A stretch of DNA of 64,000 nucleotides from an uncultured Gemmatimonadales bacterium (GTDB taxonomy: Bacteria; Gemmatimonadota; Gemmatimonadetes; Gemmatimonadales; Gemmatimonadaceae), in the NCBI GenBank assembly GCA_963793305.1, contig CAWBZV010000003.1, positions 224,001 to 288,000 on the forward strand, given 5' to 3'. Under the pieces are notes generated by a model, which saw nothing but the letters and a program-made list of their open reading frames with translations, was not told the DNA's origin and made no database searches. Position numbers and translations under genes: made by a program. This document shows positions 48,625-59,237 of the stretch, one piece after another; the first letter of the stretch is position 1, and the number at the start of each line of letters is the position of its first letter.

Positions 48625-49086
48625 GTGGCGAACAAACGGGAGCGGCAGGCGACGATCCTCGAGCTGATCGCGGCGGAGCCCGTCGCGAGTCAGGAGGATT
48701 TGCGCGCGCTCCTCAAGCAGCGCGGTTGGTCTGTCACGCAGTCGACGCTCTCGCGTGACATTCAAGAGCTGCGGCTCGCCCGCGTCTCGACCGACGAGGG
48801 CACGCGCTACCAGCGTGGCGACGCCGGCCCCACCGCCCGCGAGCGCCGGGCGCTCGACGCCTTTCTTCCCCAACTCCTGACGAACATCGACGGCGTTCGC
48901 GAGTTTCTCGTCGTCAAGACCGAGCCCGGCGGCGCCCAGGCCGTCGGTGAGGCGATCGACCGCGAGCCCAACGCCGGCGTCCTTGGGACCATCGCTGGCG
49001 ACAACACCGTTCTCGTGATCTGCCGCTCGACCGAGGCCCGCGAGCGCCTCGCCCGCCGCCTCAAGTCCATCGCCGCGGATCGATAG
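48625..49086 (+). CDS. argR: Arginine repressor
   Basis: SQEDL, VTQSTLSRDI, VVKTEPG, GTIAGDNT. Confidence 0.95.
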   Translation: MANKRERQATILELIAAEPVASQEDLRALLKQRGWSVTQSTLSRDIQELRLARVSTDEGTRYQRGDAGPTARERRALDAFLPQLLTNIDGVREFLVVKTEPGGAQAVGEAIDREPNAGVLGTIAGDNTVLVICRSTEARERLARRLKSIAADR

Positions 49087-49104
49087 TTAACGTCTTGGGT
49101 CTTT

Positions 49105-49143
49105 CATGATTAATTATGCATCGTTTGCGCATGTATTCCCATC
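49105..49143 (+). promoter_or_regulatory. Tandem ARG boxes upstream of argG
   Basis: caTGATTAATTATGCAtc (49105-49122), then 3 bp, then tgCGCATGTATTCCCAtc. Confidence 0.75.
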
Positions 49144-49160
49144 TAGCGGACTTTGCATAA

Positions 49161-50378
49161 ATGCCCAGCTCAATCGTCCTCGCCTATTCCGGCGGACTCG
49201 ATACTTCAGTGATCGTCCCGTGGCTCAAGGAGCACTACCCGGGTGCCCGGGTGACGTGCGTCGCGGCTGACATCGGCCAGGGCGACGAGCTCGCCGGCGT
49301 GCGCGAAAAGGCGCTCGCCTCGGGCGCCGATGCCTGCTACATCGAGGACCTGAGACGCGAGTTCGTCGAGGACTTCATCTGGCCCACGCTGCGCGCAGGC
49401 GCGGTGTATGGCCGCAAATACCTCCTCGGCACGTCGATGGCCCGTCCGCTGATCGCCCGCCGCCAGGTAGAGATCGCGCGCACGATCGGCGCTGATGCTT
49501 TGGCGCACGGGTGCACCGGCAAAGGCAACGATCAGGTGCGCTTCGAGCTCACCTATGCGGCGTTCGCGCCGGACCTCCCGGTGATCGCCCCGTGGCGCGT
49601 CTGGGACATCCGGAGCCGCGAAGATGCGATCGCCTATGCCAAGCGCCACGGCATCCCCGTGACCGCGACGGTCGAGAAGATCTACTCGCGCGACCGGAAC
49701 CTCTGGCACGTATCGCACGAGGGCGGCGCGCTGGAGAACCCGGACTCTTTTCCGGCGAGTGATGTCTTCCAGCTCACGACCGACCCGCTCCTGGCCCCGG
49801 AAGAGCCCGAGGACGTCACGATCGACTTCGAGGCCGGCACACCGATCGCGGTCAACGGCCGCGTGCTCGATGCCGTCTCGCTCGTCGCGGCGCTCAACAC
49901 CATCGGCGCCCGGCACGGGGTCGGGCGCATCGATCTCGTCGAAGATCGGCTCGTCGGAATGAAGTCGCGCGGCGTCTACGAGACCCCAGGCGGCACGCTC
50001 CTCTTCGCGGCCCACAGCGAGCTGGAGCAACTCACGCTCGACCGCCGGACCCTCGCGTCCAAGGACCTAATCGCACCCCGCTACGCCGATTTGGTTTACG
50101 AAGGGCGCTGGTGGACGACGGAGCGCGAGGCCTATGATGCCTTTGTGGCCGTAACCCAGGCCCGCGTCAGCGGGTCGATCACGCTGCGCCTCTACAAAGG
50201 CTCCGTGGCCATTGCGGGACGGTCGAGCGACAACGCACTGTACGACGAGCGATTTGTCACGTTCGGCGAGGACGACGTGTATCAACAGAGCGATGCAGCG
50301 GGCTTCATCCGCCTGTATGGGCTATCAGCACGAGTGCAGGCCCTGAAAGATCAGGAGAAAGCATATGCCGTCGCCTGA
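49161..50378 (+). CDS. argG: Argininosuccinate synthase
   Basis: [36 protein letters not shown]. Confidence 0.97.
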   Translation: MPSSIVLAYSGGLDTSVIVPWLKEHYPGARVTCVAADIGQGDELAGVREKALASGADACYIEDLRREFVEDFIWPTLRAGAVYGRKYLLGTSMARPLIARRQVEIARTIGADALAHGCTGKGNDQVRFELTYAAFAPDLPVIAPWRVWDIRSREDAIAYAKRHGIPVTATVEKIYSRDRNLWHVSHEGGALENPDSFPASDVFQLTTDPLLAPEEPEDVTIDFEAGTPIAVNGRVLDAVSLVAALNTIGARHGVGRIDLVEDRLVGMKSRGVYETPGGTLLFAAHSELEQLTLDRRTLASKDLIAPRYADLVYEGRWWTTEREAYDAFVAVTQARVSGSITLRLYKGSVAIAGRSSDNALYDERFVTFGEDDVYQQSDAAGFIRLYGLSARVQALKDQEKAYAVA

Positions 50379-51820
50379 CGACACGGCGCGAGAACGCGCC
50401 CATCGGCTGTGGGGCGGCCGTTTCGGCACGTCGAGCGCCGCGGCCCTCGATGCGCTGAACCGGTCGATCGATGTCGACTTCCGCCTCTGGCCATTCGACG
50501 TGCAGCTGTCGAAAGCCTGGGCCGTCGCCCTCTGGCAAGCGGGCGTGCTGACGCTCGATGAGAGCAAGCGCATGGAGTCGGGACTCGATGCCGTCGGGAT
50601 CGATCTCGCCGCCGGCGCGATCCCGCTGGCATCGGACGAAGACGTGCACACGATGATCGACCGGATGCTGTCCGACGAGATCGGCTCGCTCGCCGCCAAG
50701 CTGCACACGGGACGCAGCCGCAACGACCAGGTCGCGACCGCCACCCGCCTCTGGTGCGCCGACGCGGCCGCGCAGGTCGCCGAGGCCGTCCGGGCGATGC
50801 AGCGGGTGCTGCTCGCGCACGCCGAGGCCCTGGGCGACACGCTGATGCCGGCGTACACCCACCTCCAGCGCGCCCAGCCCGTCTCGGCCGCGCACTGGCT
50901 CCTCGGCCACTTCTGGCCACTCGACCGCGATCACGACCGGATCATGCACGCCGGCCGCTCCGCGGTCGCGGCGCTCCCATTGGGCGCCGGCGCCATCGCT
51001 GGCTCGGCCTATCCAGTCTCCCGCGTGCTCCTCAAGGAGAGCCTCGGGTTCACGGGCCTCACGCCGAACAGCATCGACGCGGTCGGCGATCGGGATTTCG
51101 TGGCCGAGCTGCTGTTCGCCCTGACCATGCTCGGCGTGCACGTCTCGCGACTGGCCGAGGATCTCATTCTGTTCGGCTCGGCCGAGTTCTCGTTCGTGCA
51201 GTTCGGCGAGGCGTTCACGACCGGCTCGAGCATGATGCCGCAGAAACGGAACCCAGACGCGTTGGAATTGTCGCGCGCGTCGAGCGCTCGGATGCTCGGT
51301 GATCTGGTCGCCCTTGTCACGACGCTCAAGGGCCTGCCCAGTGGGTACAACAAGGACATGCAGGACGACAAGCGGGCGTTGTTCGACGCCGTCGACACCA
51401 TGCGCCTGGTTCTCCCCGCGTTGGCGGGAGCGGTTGGCGAGCTCACGTTCAAGGCCGACCGGATGGCGGCGGCGCTCTCCAGCACGATGATGGCGACCGA
51501 CCTCGCCGATTACCTGGTGCGAAAAGGCGCAACGTTCCGCGATGCGCACCGGGCGGTCGGAGAGATCATCCGGACCGCTGAAGCGAAACGGGTCGACCTC
51601 GGCCAGTTGCCGCTCGACACGTACGTCGCGGCTCACCCCCTATTTGGCGCGGAACGTCTTCGAGGCACTCTCGCCCAAGGCGTCGACCGAGCAGCGGGAG
51701 ATCCCTGGCGGCACCGGCCCGAACGCGGTCCGCGACCAAATCGAGGCCGCAAGGGCCACCCTTCGTCCAACGCGTGAGACACCGCGCGGAAACGAGATGC
51801 CGTTGCTCGCGGTGGGGTAG
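50365..51820 (+). CDS. argH: Argininosuccinate lyase (frameshift at ~51653)
   Basis: [29 protein letters not shown]-terminus VFEALSP...GGTG in another frame. Confidence 0.95.
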
Positions 51821-51853
51821 CCAGGTCGCTCTCCCGGGGCGCAATTTAGAGGC

Positions 51854-53773
51854 ATGCTCCATCTACTGGTCGCGGTAGGTCTCGCGGCCGCCCAGCCGAC
51901 TGCGCCCCGGGACTCGGTGATCCGGGACTCCATCTACACCATGTCGGTCGACAGCACGAAGTACCCCGAGCAGGGTACCGTGCTGTTGCTCGACGACGGG
52001 GTGATCAAAGTCGAGGCGGACGGCCGGCACAGCGCTACGTACCGACAGGTCGTCCAGATCCTGCGCGAGCGGTCGGTCTCCGCGCATCAAGAACAACGGT
52101 TCGTCTACGACCCGACCCACGAAAAGCTGACGCTCAACTGGATTCGCGTCGTCAAGCCCGGCGGCGAAGTCGTGAGCGACCAACCGGCGCAGACGCAGGA
52201 GTCCGACATTCCGGCCGAGATGTCGTCGCCGGTGTACGTGAATCGCAAGGTGCTGCGCCTGTCGCTGCGCGGCGTCGCCGTGGGGACGCTCGTCGACTAC
52301 TCGTACACCCGGGAGGAGCTCAAGCCGTTCCGCGCCGGTGACTTCTTCACGTCATGGAGCGTGACGGCGGGGACGACCGTCCGCCGGTCGCGCTTCCTGG
52401 TCGACGCGCCCAAGGACATGAAGCTCCGGATCGAGGAGCGAAACCTCCCGTTCGCGCGCACGCAGAAGACGTCGGACAACCGCACGCAATACCTCTGGGC
52501 GACGAAGGATGTCCCCTGGGTCAAGCGCGAGATGTTCGCCGCCGACTCGAACGACTTGGACGAGACCATCTACATCGCCGCACCCGGCGCGTGGTCGGAC
52601 ATCGGCCGCTGGTACGCCGGGCTGGCGAAGGACCGCTACGCGCCGTCGCAAGAGCTTCGCGACACGGTCCACGCGCTCGTGGCCAACGCGAAGACATTCG
52701 AGGACTCGCTGCGCGCGATCCACCGCTGGGTCGCGCAGGACATCCGCTACGTCTCGATCTCGCTCGGCATCGGCGGATTCCAGCCGCGATCACCGGACTC
52801 CGTCATCTCCACGGGATTCGGCGACTGCAAGGACAAAGCAACGCTGTTCGTCGCCGCCCTCGGCGTGCTCGGCGTCGAAGCGTACCCGGTCCTGCTCAAC
52901 GCGGGTGGCTACGTCGACCGGGCGATGCCGACGATTGGCCAGTTCGACCACGCGATCGCGGCGATCAAACGGAACGGCACGTACGAGTACACGGACCTCA
53001 CATCCGGCGTGACGCCGCTGGGCGAGCTTCCGTATGCCGACGAGGCACAGTTCGCCCTCGTCGTGCACAAGGATGGCCGTACCGAAGAAGTCACGCTGCC
53101 GGCCGATTCGGCGGACGCGAATCGACTGGAGACGCGCCTCACGGGGAAATTGTCGACGGACGGGATCTTCGATGGCCGGCTCGAGGAACGCGCGACCGGT
53201 ACGACCGCCGACGGCATGCGGGCGATGATGCCGGAGCGGTTCGACTCCGCGCAGCGCGCGAACGCGATGCGCGCGATGGCGCAGCACGTGTATCCTGGCG
53301 CGGAAGGCGACAGTCTCGTCGCGTTCAACGGCAAAGATCTCGAGGCCGAGCCCAAGGTCTCGGTGCTGATTCGCCACGGACAGGCAACGTCGCAGTCCGG
53401 ATCGACCAATGTGCTCACCGTACCGTTCGGCGGGAACACGCTGAGTCAAACCGCGAGTCAGCTCGAGGCGGCGCCGCAGCGGCGGTTTCCGATCGATGCG
53501 AGCAAAGTCCTCGGTCGCCTCAACATGACGTATACAGCGCGTATCACGCTGCCGGACGGGTGGCACGCCCGGCTCCCGCCAAGCCTCTCGGCGATCAGCC
53601 CATTTGGCACGTACGAATCATCGTACACGCAGAATGGCAACGAGCTGGTGCTGCAACGTCATATCGAGGGTGCGTCGGGCATCTATCCGCCGTGGAAGGT
53701 CGGCGAGCTCGTCGCCTGGCTCAAGCGCGCGGGCGCTGATCGCGTCACGGTCATCTTACTAGATCACTCGTAA
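51854..53773 (+). CDS. DUF3857 + transglutaminase-like domain protein
   Basis: Signal peptide; IRYVS..G.GG, GDCKDKATL, FDHAI, YTDLT (Cys-His-Asp). Confidence 0.88.
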   Translation: MLHLLVAVGLAAAQPTAPRDSVIRDSIYTMSVDSTKYPEQGTVLLLDDGVIKVEADGRHSATYRQVVQILRERSVSAHQEQRFVYDPTHEKLTLNWIRVVKPGGEVVSDQPAQTQESDIPAEMSSPVYVNRKVLRLSLRGVAVGTLVDYSYTREELKPFRAGDFFTSWSVTAGTTVRRSRFLVDAPKDMKLRIEERNLPFARTQKTSDNRTQYLWATKDVPWVKREMFAADSNDLDETIYIAAPGAWSDIGRWYAGLAKDRYAPSQELRDTVHALVANAKTFEDSLRAIHRWVAQDIRYVSISLGIGGFQPRSPDSVISTGFGDCKDKATLFVAALGVLGVEAYPVLLNAGGYVDRAMPTIGQFDHAIAAIKRNGTYEYTDLTSGVTPLGELPYADEAQFALVVHKDGRTEEVTLPADSADANRLETRLTGKLSTDGIFDGRLEERATGTTADGMRAMMPERFDSAQRANAMRAMAQHVYPGAEGDSLVAFNGKDLEAEPKVSVLIRHGQATSQSGSTNVLTVPFGGNTLSQTASQLEAAPQRRFPIDASKVLGRLNMTYTARITLPDGWHARLPPSLSAISPFGTYESSYTQNGNELVLQRHIEGASGIYPPWKVGELVAWLKRAGADRVTVILLDHS

Positions 53774-53818
53774 GACGTAGCGCGCGCCAACGTTACGACG
53801 ACGTGGCGTGTAAAGTAG

Positions 53819-56800
53819 ATGCTAATGTTGCCACGTCTTGGGGGGTCTGGGGGGCGTAGTTGCGGTTCGCCCCCCAGAGGAGAACAGACCAGTCGAGCGG
53901 CGCGAAGCGCTGCGTCGACGCGCCGCGGAGCGGCGTCACGTCTCTTTTGGATTGCCGTGCTCGCGCTGATCCCGGCGGTAATCCGGGCGCAGGTGGGCGT
54001 GTCCACCGACATCATCACTGGACAAGTCACGTCGCCCGACGGTCATCCCGTGCCGGGTGTGAGCATTCGCGTTGTCTCGACCGAGACACAGATCGGCCGC
54101 AACGCGACGACGAACTCTGACGGTCGCTACACGGTCGTGTTCCCCGACGGTGGTGGGAATTATCGCGTCGAGGCGCGCTTTGTCGGCTATCAGCCTTCGC
54201 GCCTCATGATCGGTCGCCAGGCCGACGAAGACCGGCTCGTCGCGAACATTCAGCTCGGGACATCGATCCCGACGCTCTCCACGGTGCGCACCACCGCGCG
54301 TCGCAATCAGCCGCGCGGCGATGCCGGTGGCACGGGTCGCTCGATGACGCCGCAGCAGCTCGACCGGTTGCCGATCGACGCCACCGACCCGAACACGATC
54401 GCGACGCTCGCCCCTGGCGTCGTCGGCATCGGCTCGACGGACACGACCGCGTCGTCGTTCTCCGTCGCGGGGCAGCGGCCAACGCTCAACAGCGTGACGC
54501 TCGACGGGACGACGTTCAGCGGCTCGGCGATTCCGTCCGAGGCCATTCGCAATACGCGCGTGATCACGAACACGTACAATGTCGCCCGTGGACAGTTCAC
54601 GGGCGGCCAGGTCGCGTCGACGACGCGCGGCGGGACGAACGTGCCGAGTGGGTCGTTCGGCTACTACTTCCGGAACCCATCGCTGGCGTTCGGCGAGCAA
54701 GGACCGAGCGCGTTCAGTCAGCTCCGCAATCAGAACCAACTGTCGGGCGGCGTCGGCGGGCCGCTCATGGTCGACCACATCTTCACGTTCAGCGCCTTCA
54801 ATCTGAGTCGTCGCGCGGACGACCTCGTGGATCTCGCCAACGACGATCCGACGACGCTCGCGCAGCTCGGCGTGCCGCAGAGCACCGTGACGACGTTCTT
54901 GAGGGCGCTGCAACAGAAGGGCGTGCCGATCACGAACGCGCTCGTGCCCGACTCGCGGTCGGTCGATAATCTCGCGGCGTTCGAGCGGCTCGATTTTCTC
55001 ATCGGCGACAACAATTCCCTGGTCGTGCGCGGCGATTTCCGCGGGCGGTTGCAAGACGGGCAGCGCGTGAGCCCGTACACGATCCCGACGGCCGGCGGCC
55101 ATCTCGACGGCGCGGGCGGCGGGATCTTTGCGTCGCTCACCACGCACTTGCCCGGCAACTTCATCAACGAAGTGCGCACGTATGGGCAGCGCGACTATCA
55201 GTCGACGAGCCCATACCTGAGCGGCCTCGCGGGACGCGTCAACGTGTTGCCCGAGACGACCTCCACATCGACCGGCATCACGACGTTCGGCTTCGGCGGC
55301 AATCCGGGCCTTCCCCAGTCCGGCTATACCGATCTCTGGGAGTCGACCGACGAGGTGTCCTGGCTCTCGCCGCGAGGCGGCCACCGGGTTCGTCTCGGCA
55401 TGCTCTTCGATCTCGGGCGCTCGTCGCAGCTCTACAATTTTGGCGTGAACGGCATCTACACGTACAACTCGCTGGCCGCGTTCGACTCCAACCAGGCGGC
55501 GACGTTCACGCGTTCGTTCAATGCCAACGCCTATCACGCCGGGTCGACCAGTGGAGCGGTGTACCTGGGCGACACGTGGGTCCCGTGGTCGCCGCTTCAG
55601 CTCACCTATGGCGTTCGCGTGGAAGGAACCGAGTATACCGGCGCTCCGGCCGAAAACGCTCAGGTCGACCATTTGTTCGGATTGAATACGAACTACTGGC
55701 CGTCAGAGATCCACGCGAGTCCGCGCATTGGCTTCACGTACTTCGTGCGCAATCCAAACGGGCCACCGGCAGCGGTGATACGTGGCGGATTTGGCGAATT
55801 CAGGGCCAACGCGCCATTGTCGCTCTTCTCCTCAGCGCAATCCGAGAATGGTCTCTCGAGCGGCGAGTCGCAGCTCATTTGCATTGGCCCGGGCGTGCCG
55901 TTCAACACGACCGCGGGATGGGGCGGATACTTGAACGGATCGACGCCGATTCCCACGTCGTGCAACAGCGGCTTCGGCACGTTCGGCGACAGTGTGCCCT
56001 TGAGACAGGTCGCCGGGTTCGATCGCGACTTCGAGTCGCCGCGCGCGTGGCGCGGATCGCTCGGCATACAGAAGCGGCTGTTCGGCACCGTGAACGGCTC
56101 GGTCGACTACTCGTATGCGCGCGGAATGGCGTTGTTCGGCGTGACCGATGCCAATCTCAATACGACGCCGGCGCTGTATCTTCGCGACGAAGGCAACCGC
56201 CCGATCTACAGTTCGCAGATCGACCCGACGACGGGCGCGGTCAGCTACGTCGGATCCCGGAAGGACGGGGAATTCGGTCAGGTCTGGGACATCAATTCGC
56301 GGCTCCAGTCGGAGACGCACCAGGTCACGGTCGCGATCAATGGCTTCACCCTACGCGGGATCGCGTACTCGTTGGCGTACACGTATCAGCACGCGCGTGA
56401 CCAGTCATCGTTCTCCGGCGGGTCGGCGTCGTACGGCTTCAGTTCCGCGACGACGGGCGGCAACCCGAACAACGTCGGGTGGGGCACGAGCGACCTGCAG
56501 CGCATGCACCAGTTTATCGGGACGTTCACCTACCCCGTTACACCATCGTTCGAGATCACGTCGATCGCCCGGCTCAACTCCGGCGCGCCGTACACGCCGA
56601 TCGTCAATCAAGACATCAACGGCAATGGCACGCGGAACGATCGCGCGTTCGTGTTCAATCCCGCGCAACTGCCGACGTACGACAGCGCCTACGCCGCGCC
56701 ACTCAAGGCGCTGCTCAATAGCTCATCGTCGCGCATTCGCGATTGCCTCCAGAGCCAGCTGGGCCAGGTCGCGGGTCGCAACAGCTGCGACGGCCCGTGG

Positions 56801-57580
56801 GCGCCGGCGCTGGATCTGCAGTTCAACTATCGCCCCGCGTACTTCGGGCTCGACCGGCGGCTCACGCTGTCGATCCTGGCCGTCAATTCGCTCACCGGAC
56901 TCGATGAGCTCGTGCACGGTCCGAATCACCTCGCCGGGTGGGGGCAGTCATTTCCACCGGACAACGTGCTGCTCTACGTGAAGGGGTACGACGAGACCAA
57001 CAACCGGTTCATCTATCAGGTGAACCAGCATTTCGGCCAGCCATACAGCGCGTACGGCGCATTCGCCGCACCGTTCCAGCTCGTGTTCCAAGCGCGCTTT
57101 GCCTTTGGCAACGTCACGGATCTCCGCAACATGTTCGGCGGCGGCGGCCGTGGCGACGGCGGCCGGCCCGGCGGGCCGGAGGGCGGTGCTGGCGCCGGCG
57201 CTCAGCCGATCTCGCTCGCCGATCAGATCGCGCAGCGGTTCGCGGATCGGTTCCCGAATCCGTTCGACCAGATCCTGGAGCTCAAGGACACGCTCGCACT
57301 CACGCCTGACGAGATCGGCAAGCTGACCACGGCCTCTGACTCGCTCAAAGAGCAAATCGCGACACTCAAGGGGCATGTGTCGACACAACTGGCGAAGCTC
57401 GGCAACAATCCCGATCCCGGCACGCTCATGTCACTCCTGCGACCCGAGCTCCTCGAGGCGCGGGGCATGAGCCGCGCGGCGCTGACCCAGGCTCAGGCCA
57501 TCCTGACCCCGGACCAATGGAAGAAGGTGCCGACCTCGATCAAAGAGCCGCGCCAGGGCGGCGGGGGCGGTCCGCGTTAG
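53819..57580 (+). CDS. Oar-like TonB-dependent receptor with carboxypeptidase-regulatory-like N-domain and C-terminal helical extension
   Basis: GQVT..DG.PV.GV, TNSDGRY, NSVTLDG, TRGGTN, TYGVRVE, SPRIGF; extra domain after FQARFAFG. Confidence 0.88.
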   Translation: MLMLPRLGGSGGRSCGSPPRGEQTSRAARSAASTRRGAASRLFWIAVLALIPAVIRAQVGVSTDIITGQVTSPDGHPVPGVSIRVVSTETQIGRNATTNSDGRYTVVFPDGGGNYRVEARFVGYQPSRLMIGRQADEDRLVANIQLGTSIPTLSTVRTTARRNQPRGDAGGTGRSMTPQQLDRLPIDATDPNTIATLAPGVVGIGSTDTTASSFSVAGQRPTLNSVTLDGTTFSGSAIPSEAIRNTRVITNTYNVARGQFTGGQVASTTRGGTNVPSGSFGYYFRNPSLAFGEQGPSAFSQLRNQNQLSGGVGGPLMVDHIFTFSAFNLSRRADDLVDLANDDPTTLAQLGVPQSTVTTFLRALQQKGVPITNALVPDSRSVDNLAAFERLDFLIGDNNSLVVRGDFRGRLQDGQRVSPYTIPTAGGHLDGAGGGIFASLTTHLPGNFINEVRTYGQRDYQSTSPYLSGLAGRVNVLPETTSTSTGITTFGFGGNPGLPQSGYTDLWESTDEVSWLSPRGGHRVRLGMLFDLGRSSQLYNFGVNGIYTYNSLAAFDSNQAATFTRSFNANAYHAGSTSGAVYLGDTWVPWSPLQLTYGVRVEGTEYTGAPAENAQVDHLFGLNTNYWPSEIHASPRIGFTYFVRNPNGPPAAVIRGGFGEFRANAPLSLFSSAQSENGLSSGESQLICIGPGVPFNTTAGWGGYLNGSTPIPTSCNSGFGTFGDSVPLRQVAGFDRDFESPRAWRGSLGIQKRLFGTVNGSVDYSYARGMALFGVTDANLNTTPALYLRDEGNRPIYSSQIDPTTGAVSYVGSRKDGEFGQVWDINSRLQSETHQVTVAINGFTLRGIAYSLAYTYQHARDQSSFSGGSASYGFSSATTGGNPNNVGWGTSDLQRMHQFIGTFTYPVTPSFEITSIARLNSGAPYTPIVNQDINGNGTRNDRAFVFNPAQLPTYDSAYAAPLKALLNSSSSRIRDCLQSQLGQVAGRNSCDGPWAPALDLQFNYRPAYFGLDRRLTLSILAVNSLTGLDELVHGPNHLAGWGQSFPPDNVLLYVKGYDETNNRFIYQVNQHFGQPYSAYGAFAAPFQLVFQARFAFGNVTDLRNMFGGGGRGDGGRPGGPEGGAGAGAQPISLADQIAQRFADRFPNPFDQILELKDTLALTPDEIGKLTTASDSLKEQIATLKGHVSTQLAKLGNNPDPGTLMSLLRPELLEARGMSRAALTQAQAILTPDQWKKVPTSIKEPRQGGGGGPR
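53839..53943 (+). repeat. Multi-hairpin repeat element, copy 4 (composite, 105 bp, in the signal-peptide region)
   Basis: CTGGGGGGCG...CGCCCCCCAG hairpin plus GACCA GTCGA-GCGGCGC-GAA-GCGCTGC-G-TCGAC GCGCCGC-GGA-GCGGCG; CACGTCT direct repeats at 53832 and 53937. Confidence 0.85.
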
Positions 57581-58074
57581 AGTTGGACCCCGAACATCCA
57601 CTGCCCATAATAATTCTGGTTGAGACCGCGGCCTTCGAACGTGCGGTGGAATCGCAGCTCGCTGAAGAGCGAGACCTTCGCGGCGACCGGTACGCGCAAT
57701 CCGAATCCGACGTTTGTGCCGAAGTGACTGCCGCCACCGACGTATAAGCCGGTGTAGTAGCCGAGTCCGGCGAGAAAGTACGGGTGCACGCGCTTGGTCG
57801 GGATCGTGACGACGGCGTCCGCGCTCCCGCTCCACGCAGTGACCGCGCCGCCGCCATTGAGGTGAAACTGGTTGAACCCTCCCTCGAACCGGGCGCCCAA
57901 GGGCGAGGGGGTATCGAACCCGATGAACCCGAGTACAGAGTAGCCGACGTTGACGTTATACGTGTCGATCGGGAATGCCAGGCCGCCGCCGAAGCCGTAG
58001 TTCAGGCTCTGTGCGTTGGCGACGGACGCGAGCGCGGCGAACGCGCACGCGGTGAGTGCCGCGCGTACTTGCAT
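57577..58074 (-). CDS. Outer-membrane beta-barrel protein
   Basis: Signal peptide, PYFLAGLGYY, FGTNVGFG, FSELRFH, FGVQL. Confidence 0.85.
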   Translation of the reverse strand: MQVRAALTACAFAALASVANAQSLNYGFGGGLAFPIDTYNVNVGYSVLGFIGFDTPSPLGARFEGGFNQFHLNGGGAVTAWSGSADAVVTIPTKRVHPYFLAGLGYYTGLYVGGGSHFGTNVGFGLRVPVAAKVSLFSELRFHRTFEGRGLNQNYYGQWMFGVQL

Positions 58075-58091
58075 AGTTCGTTTTGGTTCGA

Positions 58092-58691
58092 TCAGCGTTC
58101 AGCGGTGACCGTTGGAAACGAGACGCCAAACACGAGCGGCAACATCGACGCATTGGCGTGCGGGCCAAAGTAATACAGATAGCGCGCCTCGGCGAATATG
58201 CCGATTCCGATGCCGGGACCTACGCCGAAAAGGCGGTACCGCGCACCTGCGCCGCCATCGAGGCCGAAGTGTGCGGCGGTCAGCGTCGGCACCGTGGGCG
58301 ATGGGCCGACAGCGGCCTTGGCTCGCAGGTTCTCTGACGTGTGATAATATCCGCCGCCGCCGATCACGTACGGAATGATCCCCTGTGGCGAGTTGGGGAA
58401 CGACCAGATCGCGTTACCAGAGATCGCCCAGACTTGCTGCGCGCCGAGGTAGTTGCTCGTGTGGTCGTACTCATCGTACAGACCTTCGAGTCGCACGCTG
58501 ATCGGGATGAACGGCGCGGTGTAATGCAGCCCCAATAGACCATTGAATCCCGGTGTCGCGGTGTTCGTCTTCAGTTGTCCGAACTGAAACGACGGGCCCG
58601 TGCCGAGGTCGAGGGACACCGGGATCTGCGCCGTGGCCTGGGCGGCCACGGCAGTGATACTGGCGAGTACTGCGAACCGAATCGCGCGCAT
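58092..58691 (-). CDS. Outer-membrane beta-barrel protein
   Basis: PYVIGGGGYY, FGLDGGAG, FAEARY, LPLVFGVSF. Confidence 0.85.
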   Translation of the reverse strand: MRAIRFAVLASITAVAAQATAQIPVSLDLGTGPSFQFGQLKTNTATPGFNGLLGLHYTAPFIPISVRLEGLYDEYDHTSNYLGAQQVWAISGNAIWSFPNSPQGIIPYVIGGGGYYHTSENLRAKAAVGPSPTVPTLTAAHFGLDGGAGARYRLFGVGPGIGIGIFAEARYLYYFGPHANASMLPLVFGVSFPTVTAER

Positions 58692-58718
58692 GCTCTCAAT
58701 CTATCGAGTGCGCACGCG

Positions 58719-59237
58719 CTAGAGCTGAATGCCGAATGTCAGAGGGATGTACTGGGTGTTCGCATTGATCACGTAGTGATAGCGCAGCTCGCCGAAGACC
58801 GAGAACAAGAGCGGGATGTGCGCCTTCACCCCGACCCCGGCATTGATGCCGAACTTGCTGGCGGATGTCCCGAGGCCAGGGCTGATGTCGGTGTAGTAGT
58901 ACCCCACGCCACCGATGAAGTAGGGCGCGATCAGAGGCGCCGGAATTCTGACCGTCGCGTTCGCGGTCGCGGACCAGACATTGTCGTGCCCTGCATCGAA
59001 CTTGACGGGCAGATGCACGAACGATCCATCGAGCCGCAGTCCAACCGGCAGCAGCGAAGACTCGATGCCGCCGAACACGAGCACGTTGTACCCGCTGTTA
59101 TCGATGTTGCTCGTATTGCCGACGGGCAACGCGAGCCCGCCGCCGGCGCCGAGCGTGGGGTGGATGATCTGCGCCTGTCCTCTGGGCGCGGCGATGAGTA
59201 TCCCGAAAAGTGCACAGACCAGGGCACGCGGATTCAT
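58719..59237 (-). CDS. Outer-membrane beta-barrel protein
   Basis: PYFIGGVGYY, FGINAGVG, FGELRYH, IPLTFGIQL. Confidence 0.85.
   Translation of the reverse strand: MNPRALVCALFGILIAAPRGQAQIIHPTLGAGGGLALPVGNTSNIDNSGYNVLVFGGIESSLLPVGLRLDGSFVHLPVKFDAGHDNVWSATANATVRIPAPLIAPYFIGGVGYYYTDISPGLGTSASKFGINAGVGVKAHIPLLFSVFGELRYHYVINANTQYIPLTFGIQL

Noticed and set aside
39140..55672. Long alternative-frame or antisense ORFs (e.g. 39140-40621, 46754-48397, 52354-53739, 53936-55672)
   Set aside because: Typical high-GC shadow ORFs overlapping well-supported genes, with no recognisable motifs
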